A stretch of DNA of 25,035 nt from a virus. Taxonomy: Duplodnaviria > Caudoviricetes. The stretch spans positions 1 to 25,035 of the IMG/VR virus record IMGVR_UViG_3300020042_007778; one strand, written 5' to 3'. The position numbers and the translations under genes are program-made. The first letter of the stretch is position 1, and each line of letters opens with the position of its first letter. The notes under the pieces were generated by a model. It saw only the letters and a program-made list of their open reading frames with translations, did not search any database and was not told the DNA's origin. Shown piece after piece: positions 8,656 through 15,703 of this stretch.

Positions 8656-9017
8656 TGGAAGACTATGGGTCCCTTTCAGATCGTTTAGACTGGATGGATA
8701 AAGCAAGGTGTAAAGATAAAGACCCTACAACAGAAATCTTTTTTCCTCCAAGAGACAAAACTAAATACGCAACCCTTGCTACACAAGCAAAAGCGATGTG
8801 CTTAGGACCAAACAATACCAGTCCTTGCCCAGTTCGTAAAGAATGTCTGTGGTTTGCAGTAGAATCAGATGAACAGCACGGTATTTGGGGGGGTATGAGC
8901 CACCGTGAACGCAATGCTTTAGTTAGAAAATGGCAAAGAAAGTTTAAGGATCAGATGACCTTAAAGGAATACATATTCCAAATAGATAAGAAGGACTACA
9001 CAAATGGCAGTAAGTAA
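8655..9017 (+). CDS. whiB: WhiB-family transcription factor
   Basis: 'WMDKARC', 'FFP', 'AKAMC...CPVRKECL', 'GIWGGMSHRER'. Four Cys plus the G(I/V)WGG turn. Confidence 0.93.
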   Translation: MEDYGSLSDRLDWMDKARCKDKDPTTEIFFPPRDKTKYATLATQAKAMCLGPNNTSPCPVRKECLWFAVESDEQHGIWGGMSHRERNALVRKWQRKFKDQMTLKEYIFQIDKKDYTNGSK

Positions 9018-9858
9018 ATCAGAACTACAGAAGTTTCTAGATGCAAAGAAAGCTCCTACCAGGTTAATTGGGGATATTGAACGCCATCTTATGGCTCGTC
9101 CCGTGGGCGATCGTAGCACAATTGTTCTACATCCATCAGAAATGATTAAACGTGACTGGTGTAAGCGTGCTTCTTACTTCCTACTAAATGGGCACACTAA
9201 AGTAGGTGAAAAGCCTAACTTACGTTTGCAGTCTATCTTTGACGAAGGTCATGCTATCCACGCTAAGTGGCAGAAGTGGTTCCAAGAAATGGGCGTACTT
9301 CATGGCAAGTTCAAATGTGATGTCTGTGATAAGATCACCTGGGGAACTTCTCCAGAACAATGTGAGCACTGTTTTGCACCCGAATCAAAGTTAGTTTATG
9401 CAGAAGTAACTCTTCGTGACGATAATCTACGTATTGCAGGTCATACTGACGGCTGGGTTAAAGGTATTGGAGAAGACACTCTAATTGAAATTAAGTCTGT
9501 AGGTCCTGGAACTATTCGTTCAGAAGCCCCACAGCTAATGGCAGAGGCTGACGGTGATTTCATGAAAGCATGGAATGCTATTCGTCGTCCATTCCCTAGC
9601 CACATCCTTCAAGGTCAGGTTTACCTAGAACTAATGAAGCGCATGGGTCATGAAGTAAACGAAATTGTATTTCTATACGAATTAAAAGCCGATCAGTCAT
9701 ACAAAGAGTTCAAGGTAAAGGCTGACTATGAAATTGTAGAGCATGTATTTGAAGGTGCTGAAAAGGTAGTTAAGGCTGTTGAAGCTGGGATTGTTCCAGA
9801 TTGTAACAATAACCCTGGTGGTACCTGCAAGCAATGTGACCCTTATAAGGAGGACTAA
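9004..9858 (+). CDS. Cas4/RecB-like PD-(D/E)xK exonuclease with zinc-ribbon insertion
   Basis: 'HPSE...WCKR', 'GHAIH', inserted 'CDVC...CEHC', 'GHTDG', 'IEIKS', 'QGQVY', and C-terminal 'C-x7-CKQC'. Confidence 0.82.
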   Translation: MAVSKSELQKFLDAKKAPTRLIGDIERHLMARPVGDRSTIVLHPSEMIKRDWCKRASYFLLNGHTKVGEKPNLRLQSIFDEGHAIHAKWQKWFQEMGVLHGKFKCDVCDKITWGTSPEQCEHCFAPESKLVYAEVTLRDDNLRIAGHTDGWVKGIGEDTLIEIKSVGPGTIRSEAPQLMAEADGDFMKAWNAIRRPFPSHILQGQVYLELMKRMGHEVNEIVFLYELKADQSYKEFKVKADYEIVEHVFEGAEKVVKAVEAGIVPDCNNNPGGTCKQCDPYKED

Positions 9859-10304
9859 TGAGTGCACTAGATAAGTTCAAAGACTGGAATCTTACATTTA
9901 ATAAACCTGCAATTGATCAGGTACACCTTCCAGATGACATTACCGAAATAGGATCAGAAGAACTAGGTAAACTCTTTACCCAGCTAACTTCTTGGACAGA
10001 TTATATAGCATCACAAAACGCTCTTGCCATACTAGAAGAACGTGCTGCTCTAAAAGCCAAAGACTACAAAGAAAACATCATGCTTGTAAAGCGTATGGGT
10101 TCACAGGCTAAAGGTGAGACCGTCACTATAATTAAAGCAGAGATCGCAACACACCCAGATATTGTGGCACTTGACAACACCTACGAAGAGAAGTATGCTT
10201 ATCGTAAGCTAGTTGAAATGTTACTAACAAACCACGAGCGTGACCTATCCCTGGTTAGTCGTGAGATTACACGTCGTTCAAACGATTTTAGGAGGAACAT
10301 ATAA
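9858..10304 (+). CDS. helical protein, possibly UvsY-like recombination mediator
   Basis: 148 aa, predicted all-alpha, with 'HPDIVAL...Y...LVSREITRR' ending reminiscent of UvsY. Context includes RecA and gp32-like SSB. The CDS is solid but the function is tentative. Confidence 0.5.
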   Translation: MSALDKFKDWNLTFNKPAIDQVHLPDDITEIGSEELGKLFTQLTSWTDYIASQNALAILEERAALKAKDYKENIMLVKRMGSQAKGETVTIIKAEIATHPDIVALDNTYEEKYAYRKLVEMLLTNHERDLSLVSREITRRSNDFRRNI

Positions 10305-10738
10305 TGGGACGCATGAAAGACATCTACACAGATCTACACACTGAACAAGAGATTACTGACCGTGCTAATGAGTATCTTGATAACCATGCAAAGGTCGGCG
10401 AGTTTGAAACACTACCCGATCCAGTAAAGTCTATGATTCGCAATAGCAATCCTAACGGGGCATTTGAAGAAGCAGTACAGCAAAAATTCCAGCACGCTAA
10501 GTCAGTGTTACTTAGCAAGCACAAAGACTACGGACCAACTAACATCAGCCTAAGTCCAGGTGGACCACTTAATGGCTTGCGTGTACGTATGTGGGATAAG
10601 TTTGCCCGCATCAATAATCTTATAGACTCAGGTGCTACACCAGAGCATGAGAGCCTTAAAGACTCATTCCTAGACATGGCTAACTATGCGATTATTGCAA
10701 TGCTCGTTCTAGATGATGAATGGGATAAGAAAGACTAA
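10304..10738 (+). CDS. nucleotide modification associated domain 1 (Nmad1/DUF1599, all-alpha NTP pyrophosphatase-like)
   Basis: 'LLSKHKDYG...RMWDKFARINNL...ESLKDSFLDMANYAII' is the family signature (K..DYG, DK..R, ES..D...D.ANY). Confidence 0.85.
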   Translation: MGRMKDIYTDLHTEQEITDRANEYLDNHAKVGEFETLPDPVKSMIRNSNPNGAFEEAVQQKFQHAKSVLLSKHKDYGPTNISLSPGGPLNGLRVRMWDKFARINNLIDSGATPEHESLKDSFLDMANYAIIAMLVLDDEWDKKD

Positions 10739-10768
10739 ATATTAAACAATCGGTAATGAAAGACTCTA

Positions 10769-10921
10769 ATGAATAAAGAACTTAAACTGTTGCTAGTTTC
10801 TATTTTTCTAATTGTTATTGGAAGTGCTGCGCTTTACCTTAGCTCCTCAAATTCACCAGTAAATTGCTGGTCTCAATATACAACAGAACACAATGCAATA
10901 ATGGCATGTGAAGGAAAATAA
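10769..10921 (+). CDS. 50-aa membrane-anchored/secreted microprotein (not in ORF track)
   Basis: MNKELKLLLVSIFLIVIGSAALYLSSSNSPVNCWSQYTTEHNAIMACEGK has an N-terminal TM helix and two Cys. TAATG coupling to the next gene. Confidence 0.68.
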   Translation: MNKELKLLLVSIFLIVIGSAALYLSSSNSPVNCWSQYTTEHNAIMACEGK

Positions 10922-11031
10922 TGGATCAAATACTGTGGATTTTGTTTGGATTGTTTATTGGGTATATCTTCATGAAGGGGGCTATTGCCTTCATATCCTG
11001 GATTGACAAAATGGAAGATAAAGATGAGTGA
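10921..11031 (+). CDS. 36-aa single-TM membrane microprotein (not in ORF track)
   Basis: MDQILWILFGLFIGYIFMKGAIAFISWIDKMEDKDE. AAGGA SD, and the end overlaps the ruvC-like start. Confidence 0.68.
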   Translation: MDQILWILFGLFIGYIFMKGAIAFISWIDKMEDKDE

Positions 11032-11608
11032 AAAAGTATTTGGTACTGAAATCAATGGTTCGATGACTGTGTCTATAGGGATAGACCAGTCATTGACCGG
11101 ATTTGCCTTAACTATCCTAGATGTAGAAGATCCTAAAAATTACATAACTTGGGTGTATAAATCCCCATACAGAGGTGTAAAACGTCTAGTAGATATTTCC
11201 CGATGGTTAGTTAAAAAACTAGAGCTAGTAGAAGATCGATATGTAACTGATGTTGCCATGGAAGGCACAGTTCTAGCTAGCCACTCAGCCCTGGTTTTAG
11301 GGGAACTAGCAGCAGTGGTTAAGATTGTTTTCTGGTCATTTTTTGAAGATTGGGACCATCAAGATCATCTAAGAGTCCCATTACAAATTCCCCCAATGAC
11401 CCTCAAAAAGTATGCAGCTGGCAAAGGTAACGCTAAAAAACAAGAAATGCTAATGCAAATGTATAAGAGGTATGGGGTAGAGTTTAACGACGACAACGCT
11501 GCTGACAGCTATGGTCTTGCAAGAATGGCAGCTAAACTCCAAATTAATGAAGTCGAAGCTCAAATAATTGAGCAAATAAAAGACCCTAAATACAGAGATT
11601 CTTTGTAG
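11024..11608 (+). CDS. ruvC: RuvC-like Holliday junction resolvase
   Basis: 'IGIDQSLTGFA', 'VAMEG', 'LKKYAAGKGNAKKQEM', 'DDNAADS'. ATG 11024 is preferred over 10985. Confidence 0.88.
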   Translation: MSEKVFGTEINGSMTVSIGIDQSLTGFALTILDVEDPKNYITWVYKSPYRGVKRLVDISRWLVKKLELVEDRYVTDVAMEGTVLASHSALVLGELAAVVKIVFWSFFEDWDHQDHLRVPLQIPPMTLKKYAAGKGNAKKQEMLMQMYKRYGVEFNDDNAADSYGLARMAAKLQINEVEAQIIEQIKDPKYRDSL

Positions 11609-11665
11609 TTTTTGTGCCATCATTGATAGGAGGACGGCTCACTATTCCGAAAACTAAGGATCACA

Positions 11666-11959
11666 ATGAATGAAGAAGTCGTCGTTCCCTCGACAGAAGA
11701 GCCATTTTTAAGAGTTTCTAATGGCTCCAACCCACAATCCGTAGCATCAGCAATCGCACACGCTATTTATGAAAATAGACAAGTAAAACTACGAGCCGTA
11801 GGCGCAGGTGCAGTAAACCAGGCAGTTAAAGCAATAGCAATTGCCAGAGGTTATGTAGCTCCACGTGGGTTTGACCTGACATGCAAGCCAGGATTTACTA
11901 CTATTGAATCAAGAGATGGCGAAATTTCCGCAATGACTTTTGCGGTAACGGCAAGTTAA
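11666..11959 (+). CDS. spoVS: SpoVS family (Alba-like nucleic-acid-binding) protein
   Basis: 'LRVS..SNPQSVASAIA', 'AVGAGAVNQAVKAIAIARGYVAP.G.DL...PGF' closely matches the SpoVS consensus. Confidence 0.92.
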   Translation: MNEEVVVPSTEEPFLRVSNGSNPQSVASAIAHAIYENRQVKLRAVGAGAVNQAVKAIAIARGYVAPRGFDLTCKPGFTTIESRDGEISAMTFAVTAS

Positions 11960-11968
11960 GGAGACAAA

Positions 11969-12442
11969 ATGCCAAGAGCAAGTGTCCAAGGTCACGCTAT
12001 GCGTCGTCGCACAGGTGCCCCATCAAACTATCTAGAGACTACAGGTAAGAACATGACAAGAATGCACAAGACATCAGATGAGCACTACGAAGACCACAGT
12101 GCTGCTGGAAGTTCAAGAATTCCAATGGGAGTAGGATCACCAGATCTTTCTGTTTACGGGCAAACTGATGAGCTAAACCAGTCTCAAATGCAAGGAACCC
12201 TAGTTCCTAAAAAGAGCACTCAGGCTGGCGATCCTGTTAACCCTGGTAGTAAGAGCGGTCGTCGTACACCGGTTCTAAACACTGGTGGAGAACGCCTAGG
12301 TGCAGCTTATGTTCCAAAGGCAACCTACGCAGTTATTGACCCAGCAGCTGGGTTAACAATGCGTAATGCAAGACTCGTGCCATCAGTTGCAGGTCGTCAA
12401 ACACCTGACTTTGGCATGGGAATGCAAGCCTCTCAATACTAA
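11969..12442 (+). CDS. hypothetical G/S/T/P-rich protein
   Basis: TAAGGAG SD, 157 aa. Confidence 0.8.
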   Translation: MPRASVQGHAMRRRTGAPSNYLETTGKNMTRMHKTSDEHYEDHSAAGSSRIPMGVGSPDLSVYGQTDELNQSQMQGTLVPKKSTQAGDPVNPGSKSGRRTPVLNTGGERLGAAYVPKATYAVIDPAAGLTMRNARLVPSVAGRQTPDFGMGMQASQY

Positions 12443-12451
12443 GGAGCAGCA

Positions 12452-12718
12452 ATGCTGCCTCAACTAAAAAAGATTACTCCACCACCGGCAGCCGAGGGTA
12501 TGCCGAATGTTGACGTATCCGATAACTTTGCTGAAGCAAACGTGCACAGCAACAAAACTATGGGTAGTGCAGGAAGATTAAGCTGGTTATCTAAATCTTT
12601 ATTTGGCAAATCACCTGCTGCTTATAGCAAGATTACAAAAGCTTCAACAGTATCATTTCCAGGTGAAGATGAAAACACAGCTCAACTTCCACAACCAGGA
12701 CGATCAGGGGGAATGTAA
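12452..12718 (+). CDS. hypothetical protein
   Basis: TAAGGAG SD, 88 aa, stop coupled to the next start. Confidence 0.78.
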   Translation: MLPQLKKITPPPAAEGMPNVDVSDNFAEANVHSNKTMGSAGRLSWLSKSLFGKSPAAYSKITKASTVSFPGEDENTAQLPQPGRSGGM

Positions 12719-13251
12719 TGGCTGGTGCATTAAATAACTTTAGCCCACAGCAAAACTGGCAGTCACTAGGTGGCAACGGGTTTATTGGCTATAACAACCA
12801 AGGTGGTCAGGGTCTTCCTGTTGCACGTGGTGAACTTGACGCTATTCGTATCGGTACAGGGCGTGTTCCTTCAGCAGAATATCCTGATGGTTATCTAGGC
12901 ACAATCCGCTCAAGACGTGATGACCGTTTACTAGATTCTATTAAGAACCGTATTGGTCAAAAAGCATATCAGCGTGGTGTTCACAGAGGTGAGCGTGTTG
13001 AAGCATCAGCGTACTTCTGGGACAGAGAGTTTAACGATCAAATGGGTATCAAACGCCAAAGTCGTGCCAAGTATGTAAACAACAATGGTGCCATGATGTA
13101 CATGACCCCTAAAGGTGCCCCAGACATTAGACTAACCCCAGCTCCACACCTAGTTAATGATGGTAAGTCAAACATGCGTTCAGATCAACCAGGCGTACTA
13201 AACGTACAGCGTGCACAAGCGTTGACCTACTTAAAACCAGTTTGGGCGTAA
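12718..13251 (+). CDS. hypothetical basic Gly/Arg-rich protein
   Basis: 177 aa, containing 'PSAEYPDGYLGTIRSRRDDRL...YQRGVHRGER'. Confidence 0.82.
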   Translation: MAGALNNFSPQQNWQSLGGNGFIGYNNQGGQGLPVARGELDAIRIGTGRVPSAEYPDGYLGTIRSRRDDRLLDSIKNRIGQKAYQRGVHRGERVEASAYFWDREFNDQMGIKRQSRAKYVNNNGAMMYMTPKGAPDIRLTPAPHLVNDGKSNMRSDQPGVLNVQRAQALTYLKPVWA

Positions 13252-13252
13252 A

Positions 13253-13648
13253 ATGCCATCAAAAATAGCTGATAAAGGGTTTGGATACGGTACCAATGAG
13301 GTAGATGGTCGTTACGACTACACTAAGCCATGGGTTACTAATACTCCTAAATACGTAGGACCTAAGTGGGGGTACCTCGGACCTTGGGCGTCAAATATGG
13401 AACGCCTAACTCAACAAGCACTTATGGTAGCCACTATTCCTGGAGTACAGATCCAAGACATGGTACGACCACCAATGCCACAAATTCAACTTTTTCCAGA
13501 TCGATATGGGTATGGAGATCGTAAGCAACCTACGATTGAAGACGTTGTATCCGTAGACCGTGTTTACATGGAACCTCGTATTTCGTGGTTCTCAGGAACT
13601 CCAGCTGGTTACACAGGTAGCAGCAGAAACGCAACGGAGAGTAACTAA
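13253..13648 (+). CDS. hypothetical Pro/Gly/aromatic-rich protein
   Basis: 131 aa, tightly packed with its neighbours. Confidence 0.8.
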   Translation: MPSKIADKGFGYGTNEVDGRYDYTKPWVTNTPKYVGPKWGYLGPWASNMERLTQQALMVATIPGVQIQDMVRPPMPQIQLFPDRYGYGDRKQPTIEDVVSVDRVYMEPRISWFSGTPAGYTGSSRNATESN

Positions 13649-13935
13649 TGGCAGAGCCAGTACCTAACAGGGCAAACTACCCTAACAGAAAAGCAAAGAT
13701 AAGCATATCTGAGTCAAAAAACTACACTAAGATTGCTAAAGACTACATGAAACGAAGTGGTTTTAGCCCTTCTCAAATGCATGATGAGTTTGGCGAAGAG
13801 TATACCTGTCCTAACTGTTCCAAAAAAACATTTACTCGTTTAGAGGGGTCAACTTCCTGCCCTTGTTGCGATAGTTGCTGGTACACTCATTCTCCTGAAA
13901 AAAGAGAATCTGGCTGTGGAAGAGAATGGAAATAG
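13648..13935 (+). CDS. Cys-rich hypothetical protein with VPNRANYPNRK leader
   Basis: 95 aa, 'CPNC...CPCCDSC...H...C', GGAG SD. Confidence 0.78.
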   Translation: MAEPVPNRANYPNRKAKISISESKNYTKIAKDYMKRSGFSPSQMHDEFGEEYTCPNCSKKTFTRLEGSTSCPCCDSCWYTHSPEKRESGCGREWK

Positions 13936-13938
13936 CTC

Positions 13939-14139
13939 ATGGATGATGGCGATGGCGCATACACGCTAGAATTACAGGCAGGTCAAATTGCCAGAAATGC
14001 AATGGTTTATAAAGGATCAGCTCCTTGCCCACAGTGTGGTGTACTAGTAAACCCAGTAGAATATATGTACAATAATGGGCTGTGTTCACCCTGCAAAGAG
14101 CGTAGAATGCAGGCTAGAATTAAGAATAGAATGGTTTAA
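13939..14139 (+). CDS. small zinc-finger protein
   Basis: 66 aa, 'CPQCG...LCSPC'. Confidence 0.78.
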   Translation: MDDGDGAYTLELQAGQIARNAMVYKGSAPCPQCGVLVNPVEYMYNNGLCSPCKERRMQARIKNRMV

Positions 14140-14149
14140 GGAGACACTC

Positions 14150-14431
14150 ATGCCAAATTCAGTACCAGATCGTGGCAACCACCCAGCTCGTAAAATGGCA
14201 GGAAGTGATCGTGCGCTATACCTACAAGGTACGTGGATGCACAACCATCCTGACACTAGAGCAGTAATTTGGACTAAACCAAATGAGGGTCAAGAAAAAG
14301 GTGTTAGATACGAAGGAACCCGTGTAACTCCTACTAAAGACGGAGTACTTTTACATGGAGGACTTACACCACAACGTTTCAGTGACCACGCTATAGACGA
14401 GGTACACTATTTCACAAAGAAAGCAGACTAA
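14150..14431 (+). CDS. hypothetical protein with VPDRGNHPARK leader
   Basis: ATG 14150 follows TAAGGAG and is preferred over 14075. 93 aa. Confidence 0.78.
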   Translation: MPNSVPDRGNHPARKMAGSDRALYLQGTWMHNHPDTRAVIWTKPNEGQEKGVRYEGTRVTPTKDGVLLHGGLTPQRFSDHAIDEVHYFTKKAD

Positions 14432-14433
14432 TC

Positions 14434-14646
14434 ATGGCAGTTAACAGCAGTCGTTCAATGAACACAAGCCTAAATGAAGGCTCAACAGACGGTAAGTACC
14501 GTAAAATTCGTCCAAACACCGAAGTATCTGATACACTAGGTAATGAAAAAACTCTAGATAATAGACAAACACTCCACCCATTCTATGGGTACGGGTTTGC
14601 AACAACTGAGTATCCAGACTCTGAAAAAGTAAACCCAGGAAAGTAA
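14434..14646 (+). CDS. hypothetical protein
   Basis: 70 aa, operonic spacing. Confidence 0.75.
   Translation: MAVNSSRSMNTSLNEGSTDGKYRKIRPNTEVSDTLGNEKTLDNRQTLHPFYGYGFATTEYPDSEKVNPGK
14630..14645 (+). repeat. 16-bp direct repeat copy 1 (TAAACCCAGGAAAGTA)
   Basis: Identical to 14886-14901. Contains the SD-like AGGAAAG. Confidence 0.85.
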
Positions 14647-14648
14647 CT

Positions 14649-14888
14649 ATGATTGAATGGAATGATCGAAGAGTTCATCCCGATGAAAAAGTTGTACAAA
14701 AAGTAAAAGCACCGGTAATGTCAGCTGTTTTTGGGAATGTCGTTAAAAACAAAACCATGAAAGCGTCAAAAGCAAAACTAGTCGCTAAAAAACAAAACCT
14801 AAGCGAAGGACCTCATGTTGAAGATAGCTCTGGTTTTAGAGAGTTTATTGCTGATGCAAGTAAACGGTTAGATAAAAAAAGAAAATAA
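14649..14888 (+). CDS. hypothetical Lys-rich protein
   Basis: 79 aa, bounded by the 16-bp direct repeat. Confidence 0.72.
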   Translation: MIEWNDRRVHPDEKVVQKVKAPVMSAVFGNVVKNKTMKASKAKLVAKKQNLSEGPHVEDSSGFREFIADASKRLDKKRK

Positions 14889-14901
14889 ACCCAGGAAAGT
14901 A
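14886..14901 (+). repeat. 16-bp direct repeat copy 2 (TAAACCCAGGAAAGTA)
   Basis: Identical to 14630-14645. Confidence 0.85.
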
Positions 14902-14910
14902 GAACCAATC

Positions 14911-15219
14911 ATGGCAATGAAGAAAGCATTAAACAACCCAAACAGCACGCCAACAAGAAAAACAGTTAAGTTGCCAGCTAAGATGGGTGGAGGAACAACA
15001 TCCGTTAACCCAAGAACAAAAACAGCTAAATATCCTGGAGGTAAGGGTCTAGCAGTTGCTTCTGGAGTTACAGCAAAGGGCATGAAGTCTGGTGGTGACG
15101 AAGGAGGAAAAATGTTTTCTTCTAACATGTCTCGTAAAACATCTGACCGCACTGTGGTTAAGAACACTAAAAAAGGAACTAAGCTAGCAGCAAGTAAAGC
15201 TGCTCGTAAAGGATACTAA
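14911..15219 (+). CDS. very basic K/G/T-rich protein (possible DNA-condensing protein)
   Basis: 102 aa with many Lys and very few acidic residues. Confidence 0.75.
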   Translation: MAMKKALNNPNSTPTRKTVKLPAKMGGGTTSVNPRTKTAKYPGGKGLAVASGVTAKGMKSGGDEGGKMFSSNMSRKTSDRTVVKNTKKGTKLAASKAARKGY

Positions 15220-15221
15220 TA

Positions 15222-15431
15222 ATGCCACTATTTAAACGCCGTAACAAAGCTGGCACCGCAGAAGGTCCAGTAGTTGAGGCTAATCCTAACATTTTTAATT
15301 TTGATCGTCCACTTTCCGCTCTTGATCAAGCACACATTGAAAGTAGACACGAGTCCAGGATGAGGGAAGCTGAAAAAGAGTTTGCTCAACGCATGGAAGT
15401 AAGGCGCAAAGCTAATGAAAGTTCACAGTAA
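15222..15431 (+). CDS. hypothetical protein, MPLFxxRNKAG paralog 1
   Basis: 69 aa, AAGGA SD. Confidence 0.78.
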   Translation: MPLFKRRNKAGTAEGPVVEANPNIFNFDRPLSALDQAHIESRHESRMREAEKEFAQRMEVRRKANESSQ

Positions 15432-15682
15432 TGCCTCTATTCAATCACCGTAATAAAGCAGGTAGTGGACAAGGTAAAAAGATAAACTTACCATCACAGA
15501 ACTTGTTTGACCACGATACCCCAGCACCCTCAACAACATCGCCAGCGATAAAAGCAGAAGCTACAAAAATGTCAGGAATGACACCAGCACAAAGACAAGC
15601 ACACCTTGCTGCAAATCCTAAAGTTGACAAATCTAAACCAGATGCTAGACTAGAAGAGATGAACAGAAAAAAGTTTTTCTAA
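15431..15682 (+). CDS. hypothetical protein, MPLFxxRNKAG paralog 2
   Basis: 83 aa, TAATG coupling. Confidence 0.78.
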   Translation: MPLFNHRNKAGSGQGKKINLPSQNLFDHDTPAPSTTSPAIKAEATKMSGMTPAQRQAHLAANPKVDKSKPDARLEEMNRKKFF

Positions 15683-15703
15683 ACCACTAATAAGGAATAA
15701 TAC

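Noticed and set aside
9004-9858. Cas4-like gene as part of a CRISPR-Cas locus
   Set aside because: No repeat-spacer array or other cas genes are in the window. Solo Cas4-like exonucleases are common in phage replication modules.
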